A stretch of DNA of 57,007 nt from an uncultured Pseudomonadales bacterium (GCA_964601735.1 CAZROO010000005.1:1-57007), one strand, 5' to 3'; positions 1 through 9,998 are shown, numbered from the stretch's first letter. Numbers and translations: made by a program. Notes: generated by a model from the letters alone, not told the origin.

Positions 1-11
1 TCGCATGTTAA

Positions 12-151
12 CCTCCATGCGGTTTGAGTGATTCGGCCAATGGGCCGTTTGAAGAGTGAAACTCTCGGAAATCAGCCGTTAAGCAGACTCCTTTTAAAAC
101 GTATACAAATTAGTCGTGGGGGCTATATAGGTCGGCAAAGCCGCCTGTCAA
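12..151 (-). promoter_or_regulatory. Sigma70-type promoter, leader and RBS of a gene starting at nt 6 and running off the left edge
   Basis: Minus strand: TTGACA (151-146) then CTATAT/TATATA about 16 nt downstream (130-124); GGAGG (16-12) 5 nt before an ATG at 6-4. Confidence 0.6.
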
Positions 152-183
152 CCTTTTGTATACTATTTTTTTTCTAAAAGGAT

Positions 184-1089
184 TCAACCGCCGCAACGGG
201 GCAGTTCAAAATGGCGGTTTTTCCACACTTTCTCCCAATGACCGTTATGGGTCAAACCGTCCACGATTTCCATTTTGGTACAGGCCAGCCCCCCGGCGGC
301 GTCCATCACCTGCCGGGTCAGGGCGGGAGGAATAACCTCGTCCTTGCTCCCTACTATATGTAATACGGGTATCTGCGCCAGCCGCTGCGGGTATTTATAA
401 GGGCTGATGGCCGTCGGCATGGCCGAAGCCCCGTGCCAGGTATTGGTGGCAGCCGGGTCAATGTTCCCCGCCACGGTAATCACCCCCACCACCTGGGGCA
501 GCCGCTTGGCCACTTCCAGCGCAATGGCGGCCCCCCCACTGTAACCGATCAAAACCGCACGCTTGGCCGACACTTGCGCATCATTCATGCGCGCATAAGA
601 GCTGTTTTGTGCCACCGGAGCGCCACTCAACAGACGGGAAACAGCCATCACGTAACCATCCATCACACGCTCGTCAAAGCGCCCGCTGGTCCAGGTTTCG
701 GCGCTGCACGGCTGGCCCTTAAGCCCCACGTACTGGCAGGGACGCGCCAGGTAAACCACTGAAGCATCAGGCTTATCCGCTTCCGCCAGATAAAGCCCCA
801 CGGGCTTGTCCGGCGTCGGGTTGCCACTGGGCACACTCATAGTGATATACGCATGCCCATCCCCTTCAATGTAAATATGCGCGACATCGTTTTTCCCGCC
901 CCTTTCCGCCATTGTCAGCCACCACGGGCCCGCCTGGATACCCCCTACCCTAAAGCCGCTGTCACCGCGGTTGAAACGGTTATGATTCAAAGCATCAGAA
1001 AGTTCCGGAGCCCCTCCACAGGCCGAAAACATGAGAGGAAAAGCAAACAATGTGAGTATTTTAAAACACACTACCGATGATTTAAGCAT
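184..1089 (-). CDS. Alpha/beta-hydrolase-fold lipoprotein
   Basis: Lipobox-like FSAC; YIEGDG motif, GYSGG nucleophile elbow, GSKDEVIP acid, C-terminal THNGHW His. Confidence 0.85.
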   Translation of the reverse strand: MLKSSVVCFKILTLFAFPLMFSACGGAPELSDALNHNRFNRGDSGFRVGGIQAGPWWLTMAERGGKNDVAHIYIEGDGHAYITMSVPSGNPTPDKPVGLYLAEADKPDASVVYLARPCQYVGLKGQPCSAETWTSGRFDERVMDGYVMAVSRLLSGAPVAQNSSYARMNDAQVSAKRAVLIGYSGGAAIALEVAKRLPQVVGVITVAGNIDPAATNTWHGASAMPTAISPYKYPQRLAQIPVLHIVGSKDEVIPPALTRQVMDAAGGLACTKMEIVDGLTHNGHWEKVWKNRHFELPRCGG

Positions 1090-1183
1090 TGAATTTTTCT
1101 TCCTCTATTGCCTGCACATAAGCGCTTCGCCAGTATGCGCACAAGTTTAAACAACGAACAACAAAACAGGAAAACCCCCACCA

Positions 1184-3667
1184 ATGACCCTCTCATTCCA
1201 CAAGGTGCTGCTTGCTACTACCGCTTTTGTCGCGGTTACTGCAGCCGCCAACGCTGCCACCACCGTCTATTCGGTCGGCCAAACCAGCAGCATCAGCAAC
1301 ACCGGCGCCAGCGATACCGTAGCCGTTTCCGGCGCCACCACCATCTCTGTCACGGGCCTTCCTGCGGTCGCTGTCAGCGGTACGGGTTCTTACACCCTTA
1401 ACACCAGCGCCAGCAGCGTTCTCACCAGCGACGCCACCAGCGGCACGGTCAGCCTCCAGCCCGACAACGGTCTTACCCTGGGCATGACCATCAACAACTC
1501 GGGTTCCATCATCAACACCGCCACCAACGGTTTCGCCATCAGCCTTACCCAGCCCAACGTCGGCGCCGCCGCCGTATCGGCCACCATCAACAACACCGGT
1601 ACTATCAGCGGCTCCATCGCCACCAGCGGTACGCTTAACATGACCAACGCCGGCACCCTTAACGGCAACGTCTTCCTGGGCGGCGCCAGCACCGTCAGCC
1701 AAACCGGCGGCACCATTACCGGCAACATCACCGGCGGCAGCTCGGCCGATACCTACAGCCAAACCGGCGGTACCCTCAATGGCGACGTCAACCTCGGCGC
1801 GGGAGCCAACACCATCAACATGAGCGGCGGCACGGTTTCCGGCACCCTGGGCCTCGGCACGGGCACTGGTGTGGTCAACTACACCGGCGGTACGGTCAAA
1901 GATATCAGCGGTACGGGCAACAGCAGTGTGCTGAACGTTTCCGGCAGCCGGGTCTGGAACCTGACCGGCAACGTGGTCGGCTTCAACACCATCAACATCA
2001 GCAACACCACGGTTAACCTCAACGGTACCCAGGGCACCTTTACCGGCACCGACCACGACATCAACATCGGCACCAATGGCTCGCTGAACGTCACCAGCGC
2101 CACTGCCGGTTTCGGTCTGTTCGGCAACAGCAACATCAACGTCAGCGGCACCCTGGCCCTGACCAACGGCGGGTACATCGTCAACGACTCCGGCTCCACC
2201 GGCACCCTCAACGTCAACAGCGGCGGCTCTCTCTTTATCGACTCGGGCAGTAACCTCAACACCGACAAGCTCGGTAGCCTCGGCAAACTCACCATCGGCG
2301 TGGGCACCTCGCAAACCACGGGCGTCCTCAACGTCACCAATGGCGCTGCAGTGCTCACCGACACCTCGTTGACCATCGCGCTCAACAGCAGCGCGGGCCT
2401 CATCGCCAACGGCACCAGCTACACCATCATCACCGGCAACGCCAGCGACGCTTCCGCCCCCATCCTGACATCTTCGCAGGCGGGCGTGTACAGCTTCGTC
2501 GTCAGTCGCACCTCGGGTGGCAACAACGTCAGCCTTACCATCAACCGCACCGCCACCTCCAACCTGGTCAGCTCCGAATCCGGCAAGGGCGCAGCCAACG
2601 TCATCGACGCCGTCACCACCCCGACCGGCGACCTCAAGACCATCCAAAACACCATCGGCAATCAAACCACTGCCGCTGGTGTCGATAATGTGGTCAACTC
2701 GCTGGCCCCGGCCACCGATACCGGTGTCGGCATGGCCTCGCTCGACATCGGCAACCAGAGCAACAACAACATCAATGCCCGCCTGGCCTCGCTCCGCGGC
2801 AGCGCCCTCACAGGCATCGCAACCGGCGACAAGGTCTCGGCAGGCCACATGTGGTTGCAAGGCTTCGGCAACGTCACCAACCAGGACAACCGCAACGGCG
2901 ACTTCGGCTATAACGCCAATACCGCCGGCGCCACCGCCGGGGTCGACACCGACACCCTCGTCGATGGCATGACCACCGGTATGGCCTTCACCTACGGCGC
3001 CTCCAACGTCAACAGCAAGTCCAGCAACGACGCCCATACCGACATCAACAGCTACATGGGCACGCTGTACGGCTCCAAGGTTCTGGAAGACGGCTACTTC
3101 CTCAACGGTCAACTGGCCTACGCCTACAATACCTTCGACAGCAAGCGTAACGTGGTTGGCTTCAGCAGCAGCACCGACGGCAGCTGGCACGGTAGCCAAT
3201 ACTCCGCCCGCGCCGAAGCTGGCCGCGACTTCAAGTACGAAAACTGGCTGCTGACCCCGCTGGCCAGCGCCCAGTACACCTTGCTCGATCAAAAGAGCTA
3301 TACCGAGTCCGGCCCGGCCGCTCTCACGGTCAACCCGGATAACCTCTCGGCGCTCGACCTCGGTATCGGTGCCGAAGCTGGTTATAACTTCATGACCGAC
3401 AACGGTGGCGCCCTCCGCCCCCGTGCCCGCGCCAAGTTCAACTATCGCGCCGGTGACACCCAAATGCAAACCACCAGCAACTTCGTGGCCGGCGGCACGG
3501 CATTCACCACCAACGGCATCAGCGCCGACCGCGGCTCTGTCGACCTCGGTGCCGGGGTGCTGCTCACCAGCGCCGACGGCGTGGACTTCAGCATCGACTA
3601 CGATGCCGACATCCGCAGCTCGTCCACCGGTCACACCGGCCAGGTCAAGGTCAAGTGGCCGTTCTAA
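1184..3667 (+). CDS. Autotransporter (type Va): G/S/T/N-rich beta-helical passenger plus C-terminal beta-barrel
   Basis: Signal peptide (LLATTAF...AANA), INNxGxI-type repeats, barrel starting near HMWLQGFG, terminal VKVKWPF. Confidence 0.92.
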   Translation: MTLSFHKVLLATTAFVAVTAAANAATTVYSVGQTSSISNTGASDTVAVSGATTISVTGLPAVAVSGTGSYTLNTSASSVLTSDATSGTVSLQPDNGLTLGMTINNSGSIINTATNGFAISLTQPNVGAAAVSATINNTGTISGSIATSGTLNMTNAGTLNGNVFLGGASTVSQTGGTITGNITGGSSADTYSQTGGTLNGDVNLGAGANTINMSGGTVSGTLGLGTGTGVVNYTGGTVKDISGTGNSSVLNVSGSRVWNLTGNVVGFNTINISNTTVNLNGTQGTFTGTDHDINIGTNGSLNVTSATAGFGLFGNSNINVSGTLALTNGGYIVNDSGSTGTLNVNSGGSLFIDSGSNLNTDKLGSLGKLTIGVGTSQTTGVLNVTNGAAVLTDTSLTIALNSSAGLIANGTSYTIITGNASDASAPILTSSQAGVYSFVVSRTSGGNNVSLTINRTATSNLVSSESGKGAANVIDAVTTPTGDLKTIQNTIGNQTTAAGVDNVVNSLAPATDTGVGMASLDIGNQSNNNINARLASLRGSALTGIATGDKVSAGHMWLQGFGNVTNQDNRNGDFGYNANTAGATAGVDTDTLVDGMTTGMAFTYGASNVNSKSSNDAHTDINSYMGTLYGSKVLEDGYFLNGQLAYAYNTFDSKRNVVGFSSSTDGSWHGSQYSARAEAGRDFKYENWLLTPLASAQYTLLDQKSYTESGPAALTVNPDNLSALDLGIGAEAGYNFMTDNGGALRPRARAKFNYRAGDTQMQTTSNFVAGGTAFTTNGISADRGSVDLGAGVLLTSADGVDFSIDYDADIRSSSTGHTGQVKVKWPF

Positions 3668-3681
3668 AAACCACCTGCCCG

Positions 3682-3707
3682 AAAAAGGGCCCTCTGGGGC
3701 CCTTTTT
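3682..3707. terminator. Intrinsic terminator after the autotransporter
   Basis: AAAAAGGGCCC-tctg-GGGCCCTTTTT. Confidence 0.85.
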
Positions 3708-3791
3708 CATGCCCTTGACCTTGTAAAAAGGAAAATCTAGGGTGCCGCCATCGTTTACCCGAACCATCTTGTCCCCGACCGGAGAACCATC

Positions 3792-4001
3792 ATGTTCGAT
3801 TCCCGCTCTGATGAAACCGCGTTTGAACAGACCGTTAAAAATATAGAAACCGACAATGAGCGGGTGAGAAGAAAGTTCGCCACCGCTGCCGCCCGCAACG
3901 GCCTGCTCGATGAACTCTTGAAAGAAAACCCTGCATTAAAAGACCGTCTTGAAAGGAAAATCCAAGCCAAACTGGCAAGCACGGAGAAAAAGGGCGCATA
4001 G
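3792..4001 (+). CDS. Small hypothetical helical protein (69 aa)
   Basis: GGAGA RBS before ATG; CTTGAC-N17-CTAGGG promoter-like element upstream. Confidence 0.6.
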   Translation: MFDSRSDETAFEQTVKNIETDNERVRRKFATAAARNGLLDELLKENPALKDRLERKIQAKLASTEKKGA

Positions 4002-4060
4002 CCCTTTTTCTGTTTAGGGGCTTGGCGTGCCGGAGCTAATAGGGTAAACCCCCAGCCGGT

Positions 4061-4137
4061 CGGGGTGTAGCGCAGCCTGGTAGCGCGCTTCGTTCGGGAC
4101 GAAAAGACCGAAGGTTCGAATCCTTTCACCCCGACCA
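4061..4137 (+). tRNA. tRNA-Pro (anticodon CGG)
   Basis: Cloverleaf: CGGGGTG/CACCCCG acceptor stem, D-arm GCGC-AGCCTGGTA-GCGC, anticodon loop TTCGGGA, GGTTCGAATCC T-arm, encoded CCA. Confidence 0.97.
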
Positions 4138-4138
4138 G

Positions 4139-4167
4139 AATAAAGCCCCCTAAATGGGGGCTTTATT
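4139..4167. terminator. Bidirectional terminator between the tRNA and the asmA-like gene
   Basis: AATAAAGCCCCC-taaat-GGGGGCTTTATT. Confidence 0.9.
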
Positions 4168-4230
4168 CAGATAACACGTCATGCGCAACCCTAAAAAATC
4201 AGGCCCCATAGGGCCCGATTTTAAAGGAGT

Positions 4231-6873
4231 CTACTTCCCTAAGTTCTTCAGCAAATTCCCGACCCCTTTCTGGATCATCTGCTGGGTTTCCGAGGTGTTG
4301 ACGCCCTGCCCGCTCAGCACGCCGCCAACGGCGGTACCGATGTTTCCGGCCTTTTCGCCACCCACGTTCAGCACCTTCAGGCCTTCCTTCACCAGCCGCC
4401 CGCTCAGCTTGTTGATGAACGCCGGGTCAGGCCCGATGGAAGGCGCGCTGAGGCTGCCCTTGATCAGCACCGGCACGGCAATCTGGTTGCTGGCCGCCAC
4501 CTGCGGGGTCAGCGTGTAGTCAATGCTCCACGCCCCGATGTTGATATCACCCGTCCCCACGGCACTGAACGCCCCATCGGTCACCAGGTTAAACTCCTTG
4601 GTTTTGGCGTTACCACCCGCAATGTCGTAGCTTGCCACAAACTTCTGGATTTTCCCCTCGCCGTTGCTGGCCGGGGCATTGCCGTTCAGCAACCGCTCAA
4701 TGTTGCTCATACCGCCAAGCAGGTTGGTGTAGGGTATCTTCCCGCTGGTGGCGTTCACCGCCAGAGTGCCCTTCAAGGCACTGGCCAGCGCCTGGCTGCT
4801 CGCGCCGGTCGAGGTGATGTTCGCATCCACGTTCACCGGCAGCACAACGCCTTTCTGCTGGAGCGTCGGTACAAACTTTTCCACCGGCACGTTCTTCACC
4901 GTCACCACCAGGCTCAATTCGGGCGTGCCGGTATGGGTCAGGCTGCCGTTCACCAGGGCGTTGCCACCCGCCAGCGCGGCACTCATGTTGTTCAGGCTCA
5001 ACTTGCCGGCGGTATTCACCATGTTGCCTTTAAAGGTCGTTATCGGCCAGCGGGCACAGCTCAGGTTGGCCACATCCACGTCAAAGGTGAAAGTCCACTT
5101 CTTCAACGCGCCCAAATCAATCGGCGTGCTGTTGAACGGCGAACCCGTCCCTGCCGCGCCACCACCCTGCGCCGCGGCAGCCTTGGTAGCCGCCGAAGCC
5201 GCCGTGGGCGCGCACGGCCCCAGCGCGGTCAGGTCAAGACGCTTCACGTTCAGGTTGGCCTTCACATCACCCGGTGCATTGCCGCTGGGCGGCGTCATCT
5301 GCGCCATGCCGGTGGCTTCCACCAGGTTGGGCAGGTTCACGCTCAAGTTCCGCAGTTCAATGGTCTTGTCGCCGGCAATGTCGGCTTTCACGGTAAACCG
5401 CGAACTCGGCAGCTGCGTGCTGGCCACGCCAAAGCCGCTGGCGGCAGCCTTCATGTCGTTACCGCTCACGTCAAGGCTGCCGTTCACCAGCGGCACCGGA
5501 CCACCCAGCGTCACAGTAGCTTTCACGTTGGCGCTCAGCAGATTGCCAAGGCTCAGGCTCAGGTCAGGAATATTCCAATCATCCCCACCCTTGAAGCTCG
5601 TTCCCATCGCCAGCGGTTGCGCCGGCAACTCATGGCTCACGCCAAAGGCCTGACCCAGCGCCCGGGCACTGGCCGCGCGCACGTTAACCTGGCCTTCCAT
5701 CTTCGGCGTCTTGCCGGGCCGCGGCGTCACGATCACATTGCCGCCCAGGCTGGCAATGTTGGTCAATTGGGCCGAAATATTGGTGAGCTTGATCACGTTA
5801 TCCCCCGCCAGCGTGGTTTGCAGGCTAAACGGGCTGGCCGGAATACTCGGGTTCGAGGTCCCCGTCCCCAGCGCCGCCAACGCGCGCAGGTTGTTGCCCT
5901 GCACCTGAAGGGTACCCTTGGCGCTCGGCTTGTCGCCGGTCTTCACCGCCAGCTCGCCGCCCGCATTCAGCAGGTCGCCCATCTTCAACGCAAAGGCCGA
6001 AAGGTCAATCTCGTCGCCGCCCAACGCCACATGGCCGGTCAGGCTCAGCGGGGCGCTCGGAACGCCCGCAGGCGCGGTACCCAGCGCCGCCACGTAGGTG
6101 GCGCGCACGTCGGGGCTCTGCACGTTGATGTCACCCCGGTAGCTCTGGCGGTTATCAATTTCGCCCTGGGCGTTCAGGCGCAGGTTGGCCAGCGTCAACG
6201 CCACCTTAATCGGCGCCTTGTCCAGGTTGGTGGCATCCACTTCCACCTTCGATTCCAACGGCTGGTTGTTGATGGTACCCTTCATCGCCAGCGTGGTGTG
6301 CGCCAGGTCATGAGCATCGGTCTGCACGTTCAGGCCACGCACGTTCACATTGCGGCCGGTGGTTTCATCAATGTAGGTGGCATTCAGGTTGGATATATTG
6401 GCCTGGCCTAGCGCCATCTTAAAGCTGCCGTCACGGCCGGAAGATTTGGCCGCGACCTTCGCACCTTCAGCCTCGCTACCCGGCATTTCCCAGTTGGCGG
6501 CACCTTTTTTGGGCTTGTACAAATAAATCGTCGGGTTCTGGAGGCTTACGTTTTCCAGCACCATGCCTTTCCACAACATCGGCACGCTACCCCAACGCAT
6601 TACAATGTCGGTCTTGTCGGCCTCAAACAGCGGCTTGCCACCCTGCGGCCCCACCACGGTCAGCTTACCCGCATGAATTTCAGGGTTGGGGAATAATTTC
6701 ACCGACACCGGCCCCTGCGCCGCCACGTCCACATGGCCGTACTGCTTGGCCAGTTTAATCGCCAGCGGACCAAGGTCTGCATGCTGCAGGTAAACAATCA
6801 ACCCGCCGCCCACAACCACGGTCAGCGCCAACAAGCCAATAACCGTGTAACCCAAACCCTTGACCAAACGCAT
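4231..6873 (-). CDS. asmA: AsmA-family protein (bridge-like lipid transfer fold)
   Basis: N-terminal TM anchor followed by an AsmA-like N-terminus (VSVKLFPNPEI), beta-rich repeats, and an AsmA-like C-terminus (G-x-I-N-I...IDY, VPVLIKGSLSAP). Confidence 0.85.
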   Translation of the reverse strand: MRLVKGLGYTVIGLLALTVVVGGGLIVYLQHADLGPLAIKLAKQYGHVDVAAQGPVSVKLFPNPEIHAGKLTVVGPQGGKPLFEADKTDIVMRWGSVPMLWKGMVLENVSLQNPTIYLYKPKKGAANWEMPGSEAEGAKVAAKSSGRDGSFKMALGQANISNLNATYIDETTGRNVNVRGLNVQTDAHDLAHTTLAMKGTINNQPLESKVEVDATNLDKAPIKVALTLANLRLNAQGEIDNRQSYRGDINVQSPDVRATYVAALGTAPAGVPSAPLSLTGHVALGGDEIDLSAFALKMGDLLNAGGELAVKTGDKPSAKGTLQVQGNNLRALAALGTGTSNPSIPASPFSLQTTLAGDNVIKLTNISAQLTNIASLGGNVIVTPRPGKTPKMEGQVNVRAASARALGQAFGVSHELPAQPLAMGTSFKGGDDWNIPDLSLSLGNLLSANVKATVTLGGPVPLVNGSLDVSGNDMKAAASGFGVASTQLPSSRFTVKADIAGDKTIELRNLSVNLPNLVEATGMAQMTPPSGNAPGDVKANLNVKRLDLTALGPCAPTAASAATKAAAAQGGGAAGTGSPFNSTPIDLGALKKWTFTFDVDVANLSCARWPITTFKGNMVNTAGKLSLNNMSAALAGGNALVNGSLTHTGTPELSLVVTVKNVPVEKFVPTLQQKGVVLPVNVDANITSTGASSQALASALKGTLAVNATSGKIPYTNLLGGMSNIERLLNGNAPASNGEGKIQKFVASYDIAGGNAKTKEFNLVTDGAFSAVGTGDINIGAWSIDYTLTPQVAASNQIAVPVLIKGSLSAPSIGPDPAFINKLSGRLVKEGLKVLNVGGEKAGNIGTAVGGVLSGQGVNTSETQQMIQKGVGNLLKNLGK

Positions 6874-6926
6874 ATGTGTATTCCCTTTTTAAGTAAGCGC
6901 TAGGCTCTCACGCCAACGCCAAATGG

Positions 6927-7859
6927 TCAACGCCGCAAGGCGGCAAAAGCTGTCGGCAAAGGCGCCTCTAAATGGAGAGGCTCGTCCGTCGCCGGCTGCC
7001 TCAGCACCAGCTTCCACGCATGAAGGTACAGCGTATTCGGCGTCTGCAGCGCGCGGGCCGCCTCGCGGGCGTCCGAACCGCCATACTTGTCGTCGCCCAC
7101 CAGCGGCAGGCCAATGTGCGCCATGTGGACGCGAATCTGGTTCATCCGACCGGTCAGCGGCTCGGCTTCAATCAAATGGATGTCCGGGGCAATGCTCTCC
7201 ACTACTTTCCACCGCGTCTGCGCGCTGTCGCCCTGAGGGCTCACCACCGCCATCGGCCCGCGCTTCAATATCGGCGCATCAATCAAGCCTTCTTTACCGG
7301 GCAATTTGCCCATGCACAGCGCCAGATAGGTTTTCTTCACTTCACGGCCCGCAAACTGCGTCATCAGCGCCGCCGCGGTGGTGCGGTTTTTGGCCAGAAC
7401 AATCAGCCCGGTGGTTTCGCGGTCAAGCCGGTGAACCAGTTTCGGCGGCTTATCAGGCCACAGCGCGGTCACAATCCGGTCGAGGCTGCGGGTCTGCCCG
7501 CCACCGGCCTGGGCGGGCAAACCGGCGGGCTTGCTGAATACAAGCAGTTGCTTGTCCTCATACACCAACCCGTCGGTGAACATCTTTTTGTCGGCGTTGG
7601 TGGCCACGTAGTTCTTGCTGTCGCGGCTTTCGGTGCGAGGCCCGCCCGCCAATACGGTTTGCGGCGGCAGCCTCACGGTATCGCCCGCCGCTACGCGCGC
7701 CTCGGCCTTGGCGCGCTTGCCGTTGATGCGCACATCCCCCTTGCGCAGCCACTTCTGAAGCGCCGCATACGGAATCTGCGGCAACACCTTCTTCAGCAAC
7801 CGGTCAAGCCGCTGGCCGTCGTCGGCCTCGCCAATCTTCAGTAACGTCGGCTCAGCCAT
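6927..7859 (-). CDS. rluC: RluA/RluC-family pseudouridine synthase with S4 domain
   Basis: GQRLDR S4 start, KPAG, HRLDRETTG catalytic motif, TGRMNQIRVH, GDDKYG, LYLHA. Confidence 0.93.
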   Translation of the reverse strand: MAEPTLLKIGEADDGQRLDRLLKKVLPQIPYAALQKWLRKGDVRINGKRAKAEARVAAGDTVRLPPQTVLAGGPRTESRDSKNYVATNADKKMFTDGLVYEDKQLLVFSKPAGLPAQAGGGQTRSLDRIVTALWPDKPPKLVHRLDRETTGLIVLAKNRTTAAALMTQFAGREVKKTYLALCMGKLPGKEGLIDAPILKRGPMAVVSPQGDSAQTRWKVVESIAPDIHLIEAEPLTGRMNQIRVHMAHIGLPLVGDDKYGGSDAREAARALQTPNTLYLHAWKLVLRQPATDEPLHLEAPLPTAFAALRR

Positions 7860-8670
7860 GTCGCGTAAGAATCTCCTTCAATCTCGACCACATACCGGTC
7901 GGCTGAGACGCTTCTACCCGCAAACCAGCGCCATCGCCAGCTAAAAAGCCCTTCACATAACTCCAGAATTTCTCATGCTCCAGCATGGGGAAGTGCCCAA
8001 CCCCATGCAGTTCAATGTACCGCGCATCCGGCAAATACCCCGCCAGCTCCCTGCCGCTTTGCGCGCTCACCAGCACGTCGTCGCTGCCATGAATCACCAG
8101 CGCCGGCACGTTCAGCTTGCGTATCCAGCGCTGGCTGCTGAACGCCCCGCCCGCGGTCAGGTGCGCCAGGCTCACCGAGCCCGCCGGCAAATGCGCCGTA
8201 CGCTGCTTGATGAACTCACCATACAAATGCGGGTGATGCGTCACAAACCGCTTGCCGAACAGCACTTTCATCCCCTCGAGAGGCTCATGCTCAATCAGTT
8301 GGTTGAACTCCCAAAACCCCATTTTAATCTTCCCCGGCATGGCGGCCACATCGCGCGTGGTACCCGGCTGCCCGGCGCTGGTGCTCACCAGTATCAGCCG
8401 GTTTACCCGGTCGGGAGACATCTGCACCAGCTCCTGCGCTGCAAACCCGCCCATGCTGTGGCCCAGAATGTCCGCCTGCCAGATGTTATGCAAATCCATG
8501 TAGCGCAGCACTTCCCGCGCATAGGCCTTGGGCGTGAACGGCAACGTCAGCGGCAGCATCTTGCCCACCCCCGGCGGATCGAGCCGCACCACCTCAACAT
8601 CCTTCAACTCGCGCGCGCCCTCAAACAGGTACGCTCCGCTATTCACCCCAGGCAGAATAATCAGCTTCAC
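7852..8670 (-). CDS. Alpha/beta hydrolase
   Basis: GHSMGG elbow, HGSDD acid, GVGHF His. Confidence 0.9.
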   Translation of the reverse strand: MKLIILPGVNSGAYLFEGARELKDVEVVRLDPPGVGKMLPLTLPFTPKAYAREVLRYMDLHNIWQADILGHSMGGFAAQELVQMSPDRVNRLILVSTSAGQPGTTRDVAAMPGKIKMGFWEFNQLIEHEPLEGMKVLFGKRFVTHHPHLYGEFIKQRTAHLPAGSVSLAHLTAGGAFSSQRWIRKLNVPALVIHGSDDVLVSAQSGRELAGYLPDARYIELHGVGHFPMLEHEKFWSYVKGFLAGDGAGLRVEASQPTGMWSRLKEILTRHG

Positions 8671-9998
8671 GAATGCCTCTGCAACCGCAATTTAGTAAAA
8701 TAATCGACACGCTTCCTCATCTCGCGCTCAAACCCACGCTCAACAGGGTTGTACAATACAGGCCTGCTTTTCACCTCCACGGGAAAGTAATTCTGCCCGC
8801 TGAAAGCATCCGGCGCATTGTGGTCATAATCATACCCCGCGCCATGCCCCAGCTCCTTCATCAGCTTGGTCGGCGCGTTCACAATGTGCTTCGGCGGCAC
8901 GGTATGCGCGGTCTCTGCGGCAAGCCGTTTGGCTTCGCCGAACGCCACATAAGTCGCATTGCTCTTCGGCGCCAGCGCCATGTAAATCGCAGCCTCGGCC
9001 AGCGCCAAGTCGCCTTCGGGGCTGCCCAGCATCTGGTACGTATCCCGCGCCGCCACTGCCACCATCAAAGCCTGCGGGTCGGCCAAACCCACATCCTCCA
9101 CCGCCATGCGGATGATCCGCCGCGCGACATAAAGCCCATCCTCACCACCATTGAGCATCCGCGCCAGCCAGTACAGCGCTGCATCCGGGTCGCTGCCGCG
9201 CACACTTTTGTGCAGGGCCGAAATCAAATCGTAGTGCCAGTCCCCGGCCCGGTCGTAATGCGCCGAGCGGGCAGGCAACAACCCGCCCACTCCCGCCGCA
9301 TCCAGCAATCCTTGCGGTTTTTTCGAGGCTACCGCCGCCCCCAACGTCTCGATCAGATTCAGCAGATACCGCGCATCACCATGCGCCATGTCCACCAGCG
9401 CCGCACGCGCGTCGTCGTCCAGCGGCAGCGTGCCAACCACTTCCTCGGCATGATGCAGGATATGCCGCAAGCTCCCCGTATCCAGCGCATCCACCACAAC
9501 CACCTGCGCGCGGCTCAGCAACGCACTGGTCAGGGCAAAACTCGGGTTCTCGGTGGTCGCGCCCAGCAAGGTGAACAACCCACTCTCCACATGCGGCAGC
9601 AACACATCCTGCTGCGCGCGGGTAAAGCGGTGAATCTCATCCAAAAACACCACCGTCCGTCGCCCGGCCCCTTGCCGAACCTTCGCCTCCTCCACCACAT
9701 TCCGCACATCACCCACCCCGGCGGTCACGGCAGAAAGAGGCACAAACTCCGCCTCGAACGCCTGCGCATAAAGCCGCGCCAGCGTCGTCTTGCCGCTACC
9801 GGGCGGCCCCCAAAAAATCAGGCTCTGCGGCACATGAGCCGCCACCAAACGTGTAAGAAGCCCCTCCTCGCCTACCAGCGCGGGCTGGCCCACCACTTCA
9901 CTCAAAGTCTGCGGTCGCAGCCGCTCTGCCAGCGGCGGCAATGGAGCCTCCGAACCCAGCGGCAAATCCGGTTCCGTCGCCGCGGGTTTTTTCTTCAT
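8667..9998 (-). CDS. rarA: Replication-associated recombination protein A (AAA+ ATPase)
   Basis: PLAERLRP, GPPGSGKTT, DEIHRF, GATTENP, ISALHKSVRGSDPDAALYWL. Confidence 0.97.
   Translation of the reverse strand: MKKKPAATEPDLPLGSEAPLPPLAERLRPQTLSEVVGQPALVGEEGLLTRLVAAHVPQSLIFWGPPGSGKTTLARLYAQAFEAEFVPLSAVTAGVGDVRNVVEEAKVRQGAGRRTVVFLDEIHRFTRAQQDVLLPHVESGLFTLLGATTENPSFALTSALLSRAQVVVVDALDTGSLRHILHHAEEVVGTLPLDDDARAALVDMAHGDARYLLNLIETLGAAVASKKPQGLLDAAGVGGLLPARSAHYDRAGDWHYDLISALHKSVRGSDPDAALYWLARMLNGGEDGLYVARRIIRMAVEDVGLADPQALMVAVAARDTYQMLGSPEGDLALAEAAIYMALAPKSNATYVAFGEAKRLAAETAHTVPPKHIVNAPTKLMKELGHGAGYDYDHNAPDAFSGQNYFPVEVKSRPVLYNPVERGFEREMRKRVDYFTKLRLQRHS

Noticed and set aside
1193-3634. 813-aa minus-strand ORF, and similar long antisense ORFs (e.g. 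4933-6411, 8673-10037, 9941-11344, 12845-14209, 41869-43209, 46929-48884)
   Set aside because: Antisense shadows produced by strong GC3 bias of the real genes; no recognisable motifs or RBS
4087-4103. C:A mismatch at the top of the tRNA-Pro anticodon stem
   Set aside because: A single mismatch at pair 27:43 is tolerated in functional tRNAs and all other elements are intact; not called a pseudo-tRNA
4061-4167. tRNA as a prophage or island attachment site
   Set aside because: No integrase nearby and no duplicated tRNA 3' end seen in the window
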